From assembly GCF_009914755.1 (NCBI RefSeq), contig NC_060929.1: DNA of 64,000 nt; one strand, written 5' to 3'. The DNA comes from the human T2T-CHM13v2.0 reference genome, Homo sapiens. The notes under the pieces are model-generated. The model saw nothing but the letters and a program-made list of their open reading frames with translations, was not told where the DNA came from and made no database searches. Position numbers and translations under genes: made by a program. Below, in pieces: positions 25,913-40,294 of this stretch (positions are counted from its first letter, which is position 1; each line of letters opens with the position of its first letter).

Positions 25913-26645
25913 CAAGTGTTCTCATCCTGGGTTGTTACTTCTTTTCCTGTGTAGAAGTAAAATACCGATTTGCACAAGGTGTATGTTTGAGGGGCACAGA
26001 GATGGAAGTGGGTTCAGAGTCAGGCCCAGGTGAGTGTAGGTGGAAGTCCTGGGGGCTTTGCTTCTTTGCCAAGGTTGATCCTCTGCAATCCTTTCTCATT
26101 GGCCCACTCATTAATTCAGCAGATCATTAGTCCAAAGCCAGTGCCATCCAATTATAGCCAGCTCCCCAGGTGAGCTAAGTTCTTCTGCTCTCCAAAGCTT
26201 GAGAATGGCTGGCTGCTGTTTGTCCCAATCTTAAAATGGCTTCTACTGGCCACTTTGAGCTGGTTGTGGACACAGGCTGTGCAGAAGGTGCTGGGGATGC
26301 TACTGCCACCTGCTCCCCAGCCCTCTTTTAGTGCGAAGTGGGAATGCTAAACCTGTGTTTCCCTAAATCCCTTGCATTTAGGGTCTGGATATAACTTAGG
26401 TTTCGCCCTGTGAATCCTTGAGCTTAGACTCAGTCCCGATGGGGAGGGGTGGGCATGCTCTCTGTTTTTTCATTGCAGAGGTGGTGTGGAGCTGGCAGCT
26501 GCTGTGGGAGCTTCTGGAGTCAATGGGTGGCTGCTGCACCCTGCAGCTCCCTCACCATTGCAGGATGGAGCTCTCTTGGTGACCTGGTTTCCCTATGGCT
26601 TTGAGCGTTTTTCTTGTGTGTTCATCCTGGAATTTGTTTCTTTAC

Positions 26646-27315
<670 letters not shown>

Positions 27316-27383
27316 TTTACCCTTCCCAAGTGATTCTGTGAACACTGAATAATTTATAAAAATTCCCTTTTGCTTAACAAGGC

Positions 27384-28125
<742 letters not shown>

Positions 28126-28435
28126 TCTAGCTAGAGAGGATTCTGTTCTCTGCAGTGGAGGCTTGACTTACTCACTCAAGTTTTCTCTCACAGTTGCAAC
28201 TAGCACAAGGCTGGAGCATTCATAAACTCAACTGAAGGCTTGGAGAGGACATAAAACTATAACACTGTGAAACCTTAGCTCTGGCTTCTCAATATCACTG
28301 GCCCTGGGAGCCATTGGCCAAACTCATCGCAGGGTCATCACCAATGATCCATCTCTTCATCTGCTTCCACCATTGGCTATTGCAGAAACCAACTGACCTC
28401 AGATGGAAGTGCCCGGACACAGCACTCTTCCTCTT

Positions 28436-28729
28436 TTTTTTCTTTTTTCAGACGGAGTCTCGTTCTGTCACCCAGGCTGGAGTGCAGTGGCGCAATCCCA
28501 GCTCACTGCAAGCTCCGCCTCCCAGGTTCACGCCATTCTCCTGCTTAGCCTCCCGAGTAGCTGGGACTACAGGCACCCACCATCACGCCCGGCTAACTTT
28601 TTTGTATTTTTAGTAGAGATGGGGTTTCACTGTGTTAGTCAGGATGGTCTCGATCTCCTGACCTCGTGATCCGCCCGCCTCGGCCTCCCAAAGTGCTGGG
28701 ATTACAGGTGTGAGCCACCATGCCCGGCC
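28436..28729 (-). mobile_element. AluY
   Basis: CACTGCAAGCTCCGCC, GTTCACGCCATTCTCC and GGATGGTCTCGATCTCC; TSD AGCAC(T/C)CTTCCTCTT. Confidence 0.95.
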
Positions 28730-28909
28730 AGCACCCTTCCTCTTACAGACAGCATGCTTTCTTCCTCTGCCAGCCAAAGGCAGCAAACAGAACTCAAATA
28801 TTTAACATCAAACAATGTCTGCAGAAATGTCCTAGTCCATTTTTATATAGGGTGACTTATTGACTATGCCTCTTCCTTCCAGAACAAGCTCTGGCATTGG
28901 CCACTACAA

Positions 28910-29287
28910 TGGTATTCCATTCTGGCTGCTATAACAGAATTCCATAAACTGGGTGGCTTAAAGAACAAACATTTATTTCCCACAATTCTGAAGGCTAGGA
29001 ACACCAAAATCAAGGCCTGGGAGATCCAATGTTTAATGGAGGCCCAATTCCTTGTTTGCACGTGAGCATCTCATTGTGTCTTCACATTACAGAGAGCAGA
29101 GAGGGAGAAAGCAAGCTCTCTCATGTCTTTTTGTAAGGGCACTAATCCCATTCATGAGGGCTCCAACACTCATGACCTAATCATCTGCGAGATGCTCCAC
29201 CTCCTACCATCCCCTTGGGGACTGGGCTTCAACATACATATTTTTTTGGTGGAGGGTGAGTGGGACACAAACATTTAGCTAATAGCA
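28910..29287 (-). mobile_element. MLT1A-like MaLR LTR
   Basis: GGCTGCTATAACA...CTGGGTGGCTTAAA...AAGGGCACTAATCCCATTCATGAGGGCTCC...GACACAAACATT. Confidence 0.85.
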
Positions 29288-29507
29288 ATGATTTAAGCAA
29301 AAAGGCCCACTGGGGTTTTCCTGGACTAAGAAATAAACAACAACCTCCCCCACCCCCACCCTACCCCCAAACAAAGAGCTCAGTATTTCCTCCCAAGATA
29401 AATACTGTTGCTTCCCTAAAAGGATAGGCAGTTTAAAAGAATGTTTTCCACACTCCAAGTGCATCATTGCTGCTTGGGTTCTTCAAGGTTGCAGGAAGAT
29501 AAGACCC

Positions 29508-29792
29508 TGCTGGGCGCCGTGGCTCATGCCTGTAATCCAAGCACTTTGGGAGGCTGACATGGGTGGATCACCTGAGGTCAGGAGTTTGAGAGCAGCCTGA
29601 CCAACATGGTGAAACCCCATCTCTACTAAAAATACAAAAAAAAAATTAGTCGGGCAGTGGTGGCAGGTGCCTGTAACCCCAGCCACTCGGGAGACTGGGG
29701 CAGGAGAATTCCTTGAACCCAGGAGGCAGAGGTTGCAGTGAGCCATGGCCTGGGTGACAAGAGTGAGACTCCATCTCAAAAAAAAAAAAAAA
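29508..29792 (+). mobile_element. AluSq/Sp-like with an internal right-arm deletion
   Basis: Dimer with about 20 bp missing after GCAGTGAGCC; TSD AAGATAAGACCC. Confidence 0.93.
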
Positions 29793-30904
29793 AAGATAAG
29801 ACCCCGATGATGTTTCTTCTCCTTGTGTTCCCCGACGCAGTCTCTAGCCCACACCCTGGTTTGAGCTCTCAGCAGATCCTCCCACAGTCTCTGCTTCCAT
29901 TTCTTTGTCCATGTTCTTCAAGTCTTTTGTCTGAAGTCCCTTTGTGCAGCAAGAGAATAAATGGTCCTAATATTGCTAATCTTTGAACAAAGAAATTTCC
30001 AAAAAGATCCTCATAGGATGCATTGCTCAGACCCGTGGGAGTATAGGCCATCAAGTCCTTAGTCTTTTCTCAGCTATTCATCCTTCACAGCAGATGTGTG
30101 GTCTTACGTGGTTCCTCTCTTTTTTGAGCCAAGTATATGCACAGCCCAAACAGGCTACATCAGCTTAAATGCACTGGAGGAAGTTCCAGCTCTTCCCACT
30201 GATATGATCTGCTTTATCAGTTTGTCAATATGCCAGCTGGTGGAATTGCTGCTGATGGCAGCATAAAACATCTCGAGGCAGACACCAGCTGTTGGCAGGA
30301 CAGCAGCAATGGCCGAGAGGATACCAGGCTCCTGCCGGGCTCCAGCACTCTGTCTTGCTTGACTTACATTTTGTTTGCGTTAGTAACTGATATAAACCCC
30401 AGCTGATCAGGGCTCAAAGGGCTTCAGGGGATGTAGTTGTGTATGGAGACAGAACTGCTTAGCAGAGGTGAGCCGATCACTTTATTGGCAGTGGCAACCC
30501 AAGAAAGCAATGGTAATTCCAATTGGCATTTCAGGCATGGAGATGCTGGGGGCTGAGTGTAGAAATGATTAATGAAGGTGGCAGGGGGTGGGGGGGCGGG
30601 TGTCCTTGCTTTCTTTAGACTTAATCCTTCTGCTGTGGTCAAGCCCATTCTGGCCACCAAAATAAGATTCTCAAATAAAAAAATAATTAAAAGATATATA
30701 GGAATTCCGGGAATGGCAGAATTTAAGTTCTTGTTGTGGTGAACTATGGCTGTGAGACCAAACGAACTGCATCTGCATATAGCGATAATGTGGCGTGAGA
30801 TGGAGGAAGGATCCCAATGCCTGCAGGTGTCAGGATGTGGATGTGCACAGCCCATCCTCAGAGCCTACCTAGATGGAGCCTCCTACCCTAATAGTATCAA
30901 TGCA

Positions 30905-31132
30905 GCAGGTGTTTATTGTAAGAGCCAAACTGTGTACTAAACATTCTGGGCATTTTATGTTTTAATCCACTTGGTGCTCGGTCATTATGAGCGGTATCTA
31001 CATTTAGCACTGTATTTTGTAGATTCCACACCTGAGACGTGGAGAGGTTGCTTACTTGTCCGGTGGTGCAGGGCAAGGAGCAGAGCTGACATTCAATCAG
31101 TTGGTCTGACTGCAGAGTCCACGTCTCAACCG
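30905..31132 (-). mobile_element. MIR
   Basis: ATTTTGTAGA...CTGAGACGTGGAGAGGTT...ACTTGTCC...GTCTGACTGCAGAGTCC. Confidence 0.65.
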
Positions 31133-31959
31133 TGAAGATCGTGGCTCAGAATTGCTGTGGACAGTTCCAAGCTGTGTTGGGGACATTTGTTCAAGTTCAG
31201 CCTGAAGCGTCGTTCAGAAGCTGAACTCACCTGTCATGCTTCCAAACCCACTGGTTGTTTAATTGATCTTAAAGTTTTCAAGGTCTGAGACAAAACAAAT
31301 TCTCTGGTCCGTGGTTAATGGCAAGAGGAGAGAAACGTGATCAGAACGCCTTTGTCTCAGGTGGAAATGGGGGCCCACCATGAGGCATGCACTTCTTTTT
31401 CCCACGGAAAGCTAAGATGATACAAATGTTCCATCAGCGAAAAGTTCAACAAACAAAGAGACAGCATAGCAGGGTGGGGCAATGGGCTTTGCAGCCGGAA
31501 TGGGACCACACGGGCTGGCTCTTGCGATGGTTGTTAAACAAGTTGATATTTGTAACACCCATAAGAGACAGGTCCATAGTTAGTGCTATAGTAAATCATG
31601 ATATACATGAAAATGGTTACACAGTCCTGTTAGTGGACTTGAGATTGAGTTCTGACTTTCCTCTCCAATGATAAAATTTGTTTTTGTTAGAAATTTATCC
31701 AGTCAAACAATATTAACCATCGAGTTACTCATAGAGCCGGGAAGATTTAAAAATGCATAGATGAGCGAGACCTGCCAGAATCACATTGCATTTTGGATCT
31801 GGGACTACGTAGCCAACTTCTCAAATTCCCCTGGCCTCCCAGTGTCCTGGGCCCTGGTCGTTGCTCATGGAACAGCCTGATCTTGGCCACCACGACAGCT
31901 GCCACTGCTCTTCTGTAGGCCCTGCCCCTTCCTTGGCCTCCGCCAGGGTGGGCGTGTGC

Positions 31960-32417
31960 ATCACCTTCCTGTCCTGGGGCAGTGCTGGCTCCAACTGCCA
32001 CTTCCTGACCCTGAGGAAGTCCTGGACACAGGACCTGATACTTGCAGCAGCTGCCAGGAGGGGACCAGTAGCACAGCTTAGCATGTGGAAGCTATGGTCC
32101 ATGGGACATACTCTACCAGTGTGAGACAGGAGAGGGGGAGTGCACACCACACTTCCTCTCTCCTCCTGGCTCCAGGGGACTGTCCCGAGGCACCGGCTCT
32201 GTCCCTCCGTGTGGCAAAGTGCAGCGAGGTCCTGTGCCCTGTTCTCTGTGAAACAGCGGCAGCACAGCCCTGCACCATCTTGGACTGGCTTTCCCTCTCT
32301 CCCTGCCTCTCCTCCCTTCTCCTTCTTCTCTCCACCCTGGAATCGCAGCTCCTCAGATCCAGTAGCCCTTTAGTTTGGCCTCAGGTTCTGTTTTCTGGGA
32401 AACCTGGCCTGAGACCT
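31960..32417 (+). mobile_element. LTR16-like ERVL LTR
   Basis: 3' end CCTCAGGTTCTGTTTTCTGGGAAACCTGGCCTGAGAC, preceded by a pyrimidine-rich block; diverged. Confidence 0.45.
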
Positions 32418-32896
32418 GTCTTGAACTGCAATATTCTCCTTTCCGTTTTTGACGGATGCGTTCGATCCGTCCAAACCCTTCAGTCCCCTGTGGACAGGTC
32501 CTCCCTCTTCATCGTCCAGCCTGGTCCAGACGGTCAGCTTTATTTTTAGGGGCTCCGGTATCCACGCCTGCTGCCACTGCCTGACTCAAGTTTCCTCCCA
32601 TCTGTCATAGGCGTCTGCCCGGACCTCCTGCCTTTACCAGCTTACTCATTGTTGTAATGTCTTCCCACTAGCCTGATGCATTTTTCATCCCCTTACAATT
32701 CCTTAATCCAAGCCTTGCAGAATGAGCTCAGGGAATGTCATTGGGATCTGGCATGACCTGGCCTTGACCTGTCTCTTCCCAGTTGCCACCCATTTGCTTC
32801 TACACGTTGCAGTCATTTATTCAACATCTCCTGAGCATCTTCTAGGTGCAGGCCCTGTGGAAGACACTTACAACATCAAGGTCAGCATAAAAGGCA

Positions 32897-33340
32897 GTCT
32901 CTCAGTTTCCTGTGCTGCCATAACTAATTAGCATGATCTTGGTGGCTTAAAACAATAGAAACTTGTTCTTTCACAGCTCTGGAGTCTAGAAGTTGGTTCC
33001 TTCCAGAAGTTCTGAGTGAGAATCTGTCCCAGGCCCCTCTCTCAACTCCTGGTGGCTGCCGGCCGTCCTCCACAGTCCCTGGTTTTTGGCTGCGTCCCTC
33101 CAATTTCTGCCTCTGTGTTCATGTGGGCTTTCCCCTGTGTCTCTGTGTTGAATCTCCTCTTCTTTTTCTTATAAGGACACAGGTCATTTAGGGTGAACCC
33201 TAAATCCAGGATGGTCTCATCCCAATATCCTTAATTTAATTACATCTGCAAAGACCCTATATCTAAATAAGGTCATATCGTTAGATATGGGGTTTAGGAC
33301 TTGGAACTATCTTTTCTGGGGGTGCCATTCAACTCGTTAC
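32897..33340 (-). mobile_element. MLT1C-like MaLR LTR
   Basis: GCTGCCATAAC...GGTGGCTTAAAACAA...CTTATAAGGACAC...TTAATTACATCTGCAAAGACCCT...AAATAAGGTCA. Confidence 0.88.
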
Positions 33341-35604
33341 AGGCAGAAGATGATTTTTCATTCTCATGCAACTTCCTGGGGTTGGCATTTAGGAGCGTTA
33401 GAGGTTAGCTGTGCTGCCTTCGTTCATCCTGCATGCTCCTCCCTCCCAGAAGAGTATTTCCTTCTCCGTCTCCTCCTCCTTCCAGGCACAAGTTAAAGGC
33501 TGAGTTTCCACGGAGGCTGACTGGGCGGCCTCCTTCCAAGCTGCTTCTACCCCTCACCTTGTGTACCCTGAGTGTGCGCTGGAGTCATCTGTCTAGAGTT
33601 TCCCTCCCTTTCTGGGTTGTGACCTGCTGGAGGACCAGGGATGTCTGTGGTACAGCGTCATTTGGGTGATGTTTACTCTGAAGAAAATGGAGACTCCTTC
33701 CTGGAAGATGACTCTTTTTGGAGTTCTTTCATTACAGATTTTTTTTTTAGCCTAATAACGTAGTTTAGACATTGGTTGAAAACAGTTGCATGAATGACAC
33801 TTATTATGTGTCTTAACCCTTGAAGATTTCCATGAAAGATAAAGACATAATAGTCACTGTTACTAAGTAATGTATCATGCTTCCTTTTTAGAGTTAATAT
33901 CTTTGCTCTTAAATACTGTTTACTCAATTTTGTAGACCAAAAAGCCTTGAATGTAATGCATTTTAAATGTTTCTTTATCTTATTTGGCTTAACAATGTTG
34001 ATGAAGAAAGCCCCCAAAGGGAATATAGATGAAAGTAAATTCTGGTTCGTGCTTCTCACTGCCCCATTTCTATTTATTTAAAGTAACCATCAGCAGGTGA
34101 AATGACCCACAAGTTATCATGCTGTGAAAACATAAGCAGCAGATTACCCCATTTTTTATACTGAAAGCAGTCTTGTGAGCTACACCTATTGCTACAACTT
34201 TTACTAAAGCATTTATTGCTTATTTCATGGATTGCTAACTCCTTGGCATTGGTTGGGATGGCTGTGAGGATTTATGGATAAGTCTTCATGGGTCTCTCTC
34301 TGGAGAAAAAACCAAATGTCTCTCTCCCTCAGTTGAACACAGGACGTTGGGCACTGTGCTCAGTCTGTCACCAAGGCAGGCAGGAGGGAAGCATGGACCC
34401 ATGACCACTCTTTCTAGAAGAAATTAAAGAGGAAATATATCTGGCATATTATCTTTTCTTAAATGGATATTTTCCTTCAGTGGTAACTAAATGCACATAA
34501 TACAACATTCTAAAAATATAAATTGGTCAATATACTGAAAAATGTCTTCTTCCCTTCCTGTCTGCCAGCTGCTGAGTTCATATCCCCAGAGGCAATCTGT
34601 TATTCGCTTTTGTCTGTTACATCCTTCTGGAGACATTCCACCTCTTATAGCTAAATCGGTGACACAGCATACACACTGTTCTGAACCTTGCTTCCTTCCC
34701 TGACAATATGTTTTGGAGCTTATTCTATATAAGTTCTATTTCAGTATAGAACTGCAACATTCTCTTTTACAGTGGCATACGTTTCTTACCAGTAATGTTC
34801 TGATATTTATTTAACAATTATATTACTGAAGATCATTTGATATTTGAATCTTTTGCTCATACAAACAAGTGCTGCCCTGAATATTCTTATAGATACACTG
34901 CTGTACATATGTATGAGTATGTCTGTAGGATATGTTCTTAGAAACTGATTTGCTAGGTCAATGTTTATGTGCACTTAAAATTTTGAATTCCACTGTCCAA
35001 TCATTCTTTGAATAATTTTCCCCAGTTAATATTCTCGCCAGAAAAATGTGGCAATGCCTGTCTCCCCACATGCTCACCAGCACAATGCATTACCCACGTG
35101 TGCAAGTTTTGTGATCTGATAGGTAAAAAATTTTATGTCACTGGAGTTTTAATTTGCAGCTGTTTTATGTGTGCAGTTTCTTCATTCATTCGTGTATTCA
35201 TTCTGCTGTAATTAGTTGAGCACTGACTGTGCTCTGGGCTCCGCTCCAGGTGCTAGTGATGCAATCCTGAACAGAGCAAACCCCAAATCTCCTATTCTCA
35301 TCCAGCTTACACTCAGAGGAGATAGGGAAAGGAAAAGCAAATAGGTGAAATAGACAGCCTATATGATGGTGATAAGTTCTCCTAAGAAAAATAAACCAGG
35401 GAAGGGGGTTAAAGAGTGCAGGTGGAGGGTTGTATTTTCCATGGGGGAGAAGGAGGCCTCCTGGAGTAGTTGATGTTTGCACAGAGTGAAGAAGACCAGG
35501 GTGAAGAAGAGACCACAAAAGAATCTAGGGAGGAGATCCACAAAGACAGAGCAGCAAGCGCACAGGCAGTGAAGAGTCATATTCTAAGGGACTTGCTCAG
35601 CATT

Positions 35605-36572
35605 CATGCTGCTCATCAATAGTGCATAACAAACAACCTGAAACTGAGAGGTTAAGCAGCAATTATTTTCATATGCTTGTGGATTCTGTGGGCCAGGAAT
35701 TTGGATAGGCCTTAGTGGGGATGCTCTTCTAGCATCTTGATGTTTGGGGCCTCAGCTGAGAAGACTTGAATCTTGGAATCTGGGAATCCGGGTGACTTGA
35801 AGGCAGGCACTGGAATCATCCAGAGGCTTTGTTGATCACATGCTGGCACCCGGGCTGGGATGATTCGAAGGCTGGGCTCAGCTGGGACGGTTAAGCAGGG
35901 CACCTACCTGTGGTCTCTCCATGACACTGGATCACTCCTTGCAGGCTGGCTAGCTTCTGACAAAAAACATTCTGATGGAAAATGTTCCTAGATTGACACA
36001 GGAACATGCCCAGGGGTGTGGCATAGACTCTACCTCTTTTATCAGGGAAATGACAAGGTCATATTATTGGGAGATGCGTTAGGGTTTACCTGAAAAACGG
36101 AACCTATTGTATACACACACACACACACACACACACAAAACTGTTAAACTTATATATATGTATATATGAGATAGGAATTTACTTATTTATTTTAAGGAAT
36201 TGACCAACAGGATTGTGGGGGCTGGCAAGTTCAAAACCTGCAAGGCAGGCTGGAGCCCCAGGGAAGAGTTGATGCTGCAATTCCAATCTGAAGCAGTCTG
36301 GAGGCAGAATTCCTTCTCCATTAGGTGACCTCAGTCTTTGCTCTTAAGGCTTTTAACTGATGGAATGAGGCTCCCTCACATTATGGAAAGCAGTCTGCTA
36401 ATCCAAAGTTTGTTGATTTCAATGTTGATGTCTAAAAAATACTTTCATGGCAACATTTAGACTGGCACTTGACCAAATATTTGGGTGCTGTGGCCTAACC
36501 AAGTGAACACTTAAAACGAACCATCACAGGGGAGTATTGTTGCTGTCATCTTTGGGAAATGTCATCCTCCAC
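35605..36572 (-). mobile_element. MLT1G/F/H-like MaLR LTR interrupted by MLT2
   Basis: GCATAACAAACAACC...GATTCTGTGGGCCAGGAATTTGG...GGGCCTCAGCTG; terminal CATCTTTGGGAAAT...CCACA after the MLT2. Confidence 0.7.
36075..36528 (-). mobile_element. MLT2 (C/D-like) ERVL solo LTR with a (CA)n microsatellite
   Basis: TGCGTTAGGGTTT...AACCATCACA termini; TSD GGAGA/GGGGA. Confidence 0.88.
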
Positions 36573-39299
36573 ATTATGTTTGAAAGAGAACAAGGGAACT
36601 GGGAATGTTGGAGTAGGGGAGTGAGGAGGAGCAGGAGGAGGTCAGAGAGGCCACAGGGCGCTGATGTGTTGGGGCCTTTATGCCACTGGGCTCTGGCTTT
36701 GATTCTGCAAAAGGAAACCAATGTAAGGTTACGTTCTTAGAAGGGTCACTCAGGGTGCCCTGTAAAGGACCGTAGAAGGGAACAGCATGGAAGCAGGGAG
36801 CTCAGTTAGGAATTGCAGTAATCCAAACAAGAGGTTGATATGGTCCTTTTAGAAGATGAAGCTGAGAAGGTCTTGGACATGTTAGGGAGGAGAAAGTAAG
36901 GGAGGAGTCCAGAATGATTCCATGTTTTGAGTGAGAAATGGAAAAATGGATTTGAGAATATTTTTATATGTTTCATTTGTATTTCTTGTTCCATAAACTC
37001 TCTTGTATCTGTTCCCCATTTTTTTCTATTGCATTTTTGACCCTTTCCTTAAAGATTTGTTAGAGCTCATCATGTGTTGAGAAGATAAGCTCTTGTGAAA
37101 TAAATTGCAAAGGTTTTTTTCTAGCTACTTGTTCTATAATTTGGATTTTTTTTTGTCACTTAGAATTTATATTTTTGCTTCCTGCAGTCTAATTTGTTTG
37201 TCTGTTATATCTCCTGGGATCAAGCTTTCTTATTTTTTGATGGGAATGAACAAAGTGTGAGGCCGACTTCTTTGCATAAAAATATTTTCTTCTTCCAGTA
37301 GGCTTGGAAAACAACATTTGTGTAAGCCAGGATTTAGGAGTGATAAAGGTTTGCAATTAACACATTTATAAACACAGTTTAAACCGCTGTCTTCACTGTT
37401 TGTTTTCCCAAAGCCCCATTTACAGGACAGTTGTATCTTAAAGGACCTTAATTGAATTTTGATTCTTTGCTTTCCTCTTTACTACCACGTCTGATAGTGA
37501 TTTTGGCAGAGAAATGAAGTAGGCAAAAGAGAGGTTGAATAACAGAGAAGAGAATCTAGAAATGCTTAGTTAGTTATTGAATAATTGAGTTGAAATAGTT
37601 TTTCTCTCTTCATATTATGAATTTTAGTGCTCTAACCTTTCACTGGCATAATAATTTGGTTGAACTGTAGTCAATTATACTTAACATAAACCTCCCAATA
37701 ATAAGTATTTATGAAATCAGTTTTATAAAACAAACACATTATTCTTGGTAGTACATGCTTTCCAGGAACACGTCTTGCACAAAATCCTTTACCTTCACAG
37801 AACCAAATATTATTTACATATTGATTGTCTCTCTCTGTGTGTTTGAATATAATAAAAACAGATTGTACTTTATCAGTTTAATAAGAAACTCAACTTTTTA
37901 TTCTCAATATGTTAAGTTTGGAATTCTCGTTAACAACGTTTAAGGCACATGATCACAAATCTTTGAAATTGGGTAATGCTTCTTGCATCTCATGAAGAGT
38001 GTTCTAATGAGATAATCCAGCTTGGGTTTTGATGAATAACAGATACGGCACGTATGCATATCATATTCTTTGTACTTGTAGTTCTTAACACTAGACTCAC
38101 ACTCTATCTTGGTCATACTCCAGGGTAAGTGGACCCTTCCTATTTTTTCCACTTTAGGGCCAGCAGTGCAGCTGCTCAGAATCTGTTCCTATTCCTTTCT
38201 AGACTGAACTCCTCCCACACGATTCCCGGTTTCTTTCTTTTTGAAATGGGCCGTTGTTCATTCATTTAATAAGGGTGTATTAACCAATTACTGGTACTCA
38301 GTTAGTACCATGAGTCATACAAGTAAACGTAAAATATGAATTTCTCTCTTTTTGAGGAGATTTGAGGCTATTCAAACAAAACCACTATCAACAATGCATG
38401 ACCAATGGCAACTTCTCTTTTGCGGAAGAGTGTATAGAAGAGAGAGATGAATATGGCTTGGAATCTGGGAAAACGTTGGAGGAAAATGGAACTTAGTTGT
38501 GGCCTTGCAACTTCTATAAGACCTGGAAGAAGCAGGGAGTTTGGGGAAGGACCATGTTAAGGCAGATGATCATCAGTTCACTATTCTAGAACTTTATGGC
38601 GCTACCACACTTTGACTACTATCTGTGAATTTTGCTAAATTTGTAATTATGCCTGGATATGAAAGCAACATACAAAGAACTCTGAACCCAGAAGACAGAT
38701 TGTTGATGTCTACTATTCAGCAACTTAGGTTTTTGGAAACAGAAATTGTGTCTTTTTCCATAAAGAATGGAATGTGTTGAGGGAAGCTTCTGTAAACCCA
38801 ATCCCTCCTTCTCTCCTCAATCCACCCCATTTGTGGTAGTGTCTTAGAAGCACTGGGGGGCCTCGTCTTCTTATCTCCAGTTAATGGGTGTGTTTGTGGC
38901 ATGTAGGTGTCAGCAGATGCAGATGAAGGGTGCTGGTGTAAGAGAATCACATCCTGGCTGGGTCAAGCTGGCCCAGGTCCCAATGCATAGAAATAAAGAC
39001 CCAGTCCCATCACTGAGCAAGGCTTTAGCCCCTAAATTTTGACTGACTTAGCTCCAAGACCAGACAGGAAGGAAACTTCAAGGTCCCTTGAACTCTTTTA
39101 TCTGAGAGCATAGTTCTCCTGAGTTGGCTGCCTTCCTCATTTTCTGGGTAATGCCCTAACCCCCTAAACTATACATTCATAGTTGTGCCAAGAATAAGGC
39201 ATCTGTATCTCCCCAAGTCACACCACTCCAAATGCTTCTCCAAATAGGACGAAGGGCTAAAGAGAAGAAACAGATGTTTACACTTCTTTACTCCATGCC

Positions 39300-39759
39300 T
39301 GTTGCAGATCGAGTTGTGTTCCCCAAAAGTATATGTTAAAGTCCTAACCCTCAGAACCTGTGAGCGTGGCCTATTTGGAAATGGGGTCTTTGCAGATGTA
39401 ACCAAGTGAAGGTGAGGCCATACTACATAGGAGTGAGCCCTAATGCCATGACTGGTGTCTTATAAAAAGAGGGAAATTTGGACACAGAGACACAGGGGAG
39501 AAGGCTGTATGAAGATGCAAGTAGATCCTGCAGTGATGCAGCCACAAGCCCTGGAACACTGGGGATTGCCAGCTATGCCAGGACCCAAGGAAGAGGTGAG
39601 GAAGGACCTTCCTAGACCCTTCAGAGGCAGCACTGCCCTGCTGACACTGCCATTTTGGACTTCTGGCCTCCAGATTGCAGGAGAATGAAATTCTATTTTT
39701 AAAAGCACCTAGATTGTTGAACTCTGAGTTTGTTCTGGCAGCCCTGGGCAACGAAGACT
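39300..39759 (+). mobile_element. MLT1C-like MaLR LTR
   Basis: AAAGTCCTAACC...TATTTGGAAATGGGGTCTTTGCAGATGTAA...TTTGGACTTCTGGCCTCCAGA. Confidence 0.88.
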
Positions 39760-39762
39760 GGG

Positions 39763-39962
39763 TGTGATGGTTAAGTTCAGGTGTGAGTTTGACTGGGTTA
39801 AAGGATACCCAGATAGCGGGTAGGGTGTTATTCCTGGGTGTGTCTGTGGGGTGCTTCTGGAAGAGGCTGGCATTTGAATCAGTGGACTGAGGAAGGAAGA
39901 TCTGCCCTCACCCTGTGTGGGCGGGCACCATCCAACCGACTGAGGGCCTGGATAGACCAGGA
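39763..39962 (+). mobile_element. MLT2B-like LTR 5' fragment
   Basis: TGTGATGGTTAA...GGATACCCAGATAGC...TTTGAATCAGTGGACTGAG...GGGCACCATCCAA. Confidence 0.85.
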
Positions 39963-40294
39963 GTGGGTAGCCATAGAGGAAAACTGCCCTGCATATGCTT
40001 TTTTTTTTTTTTTTTACTATTTGGATTGGTGCAGAGAACTGGAGAGCAAGAAGCAATGGGGAAGAAACCCATTTCTGAAGCCCTTGTGCCCTGAGAGCAG
40101 GCAATTAACAGGCAGCTTTGGTGTGAGGAGCACTGCAGAAGCACAGCCCGGGTGCCAGGATGGCACGAGAGACACCACCCATGTCTCGAATGTGACACGT
40201 CCCAGAGGAGGGAACAGCGAGCCTGGGCTGCAGGCTGCACTGGCAGGAGTCCTGCAATGGAAGAAAGCATGTACTGGATACTGGGTGATAAGAG

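Larger units (their letters stand above)
35181..36950 (-). mobile_element. L2 in two pieces (about 35181-35600 and 36575-36950)
   Basis: TTCATTCATTC tail, TTGAGCACTGACTGTG and GGTGATAAGTTCT...AAAAATAAA; resumes GAGGTCAGAGAGG...TTGCAGTAATCCA. Confidence 0.75.
34470..37220 (-). mobile_element. L1ME-type 3' region in two pieces (about 34470-35180 and 36950-37220), split by nested L2/MLT1/MLT2
   Basis: CCCCAGAGGCAA, ATTTGCTAGGTCAA, TGATAGGTAAAAAAT...GTTTTAATTTGCA; resumes TTGAGAATATTTT...CATTTGTATTTCTT. Confidence 0.6.

Noticed and set aside
32447-32475. Small hairpin TTTTGACGGAT/ATCCGTCCAAA (and another at 31196-31228)
   Set aside because: Short imperfect stems are expected by chance in 64 kb and are too short for a pre-miRNA.
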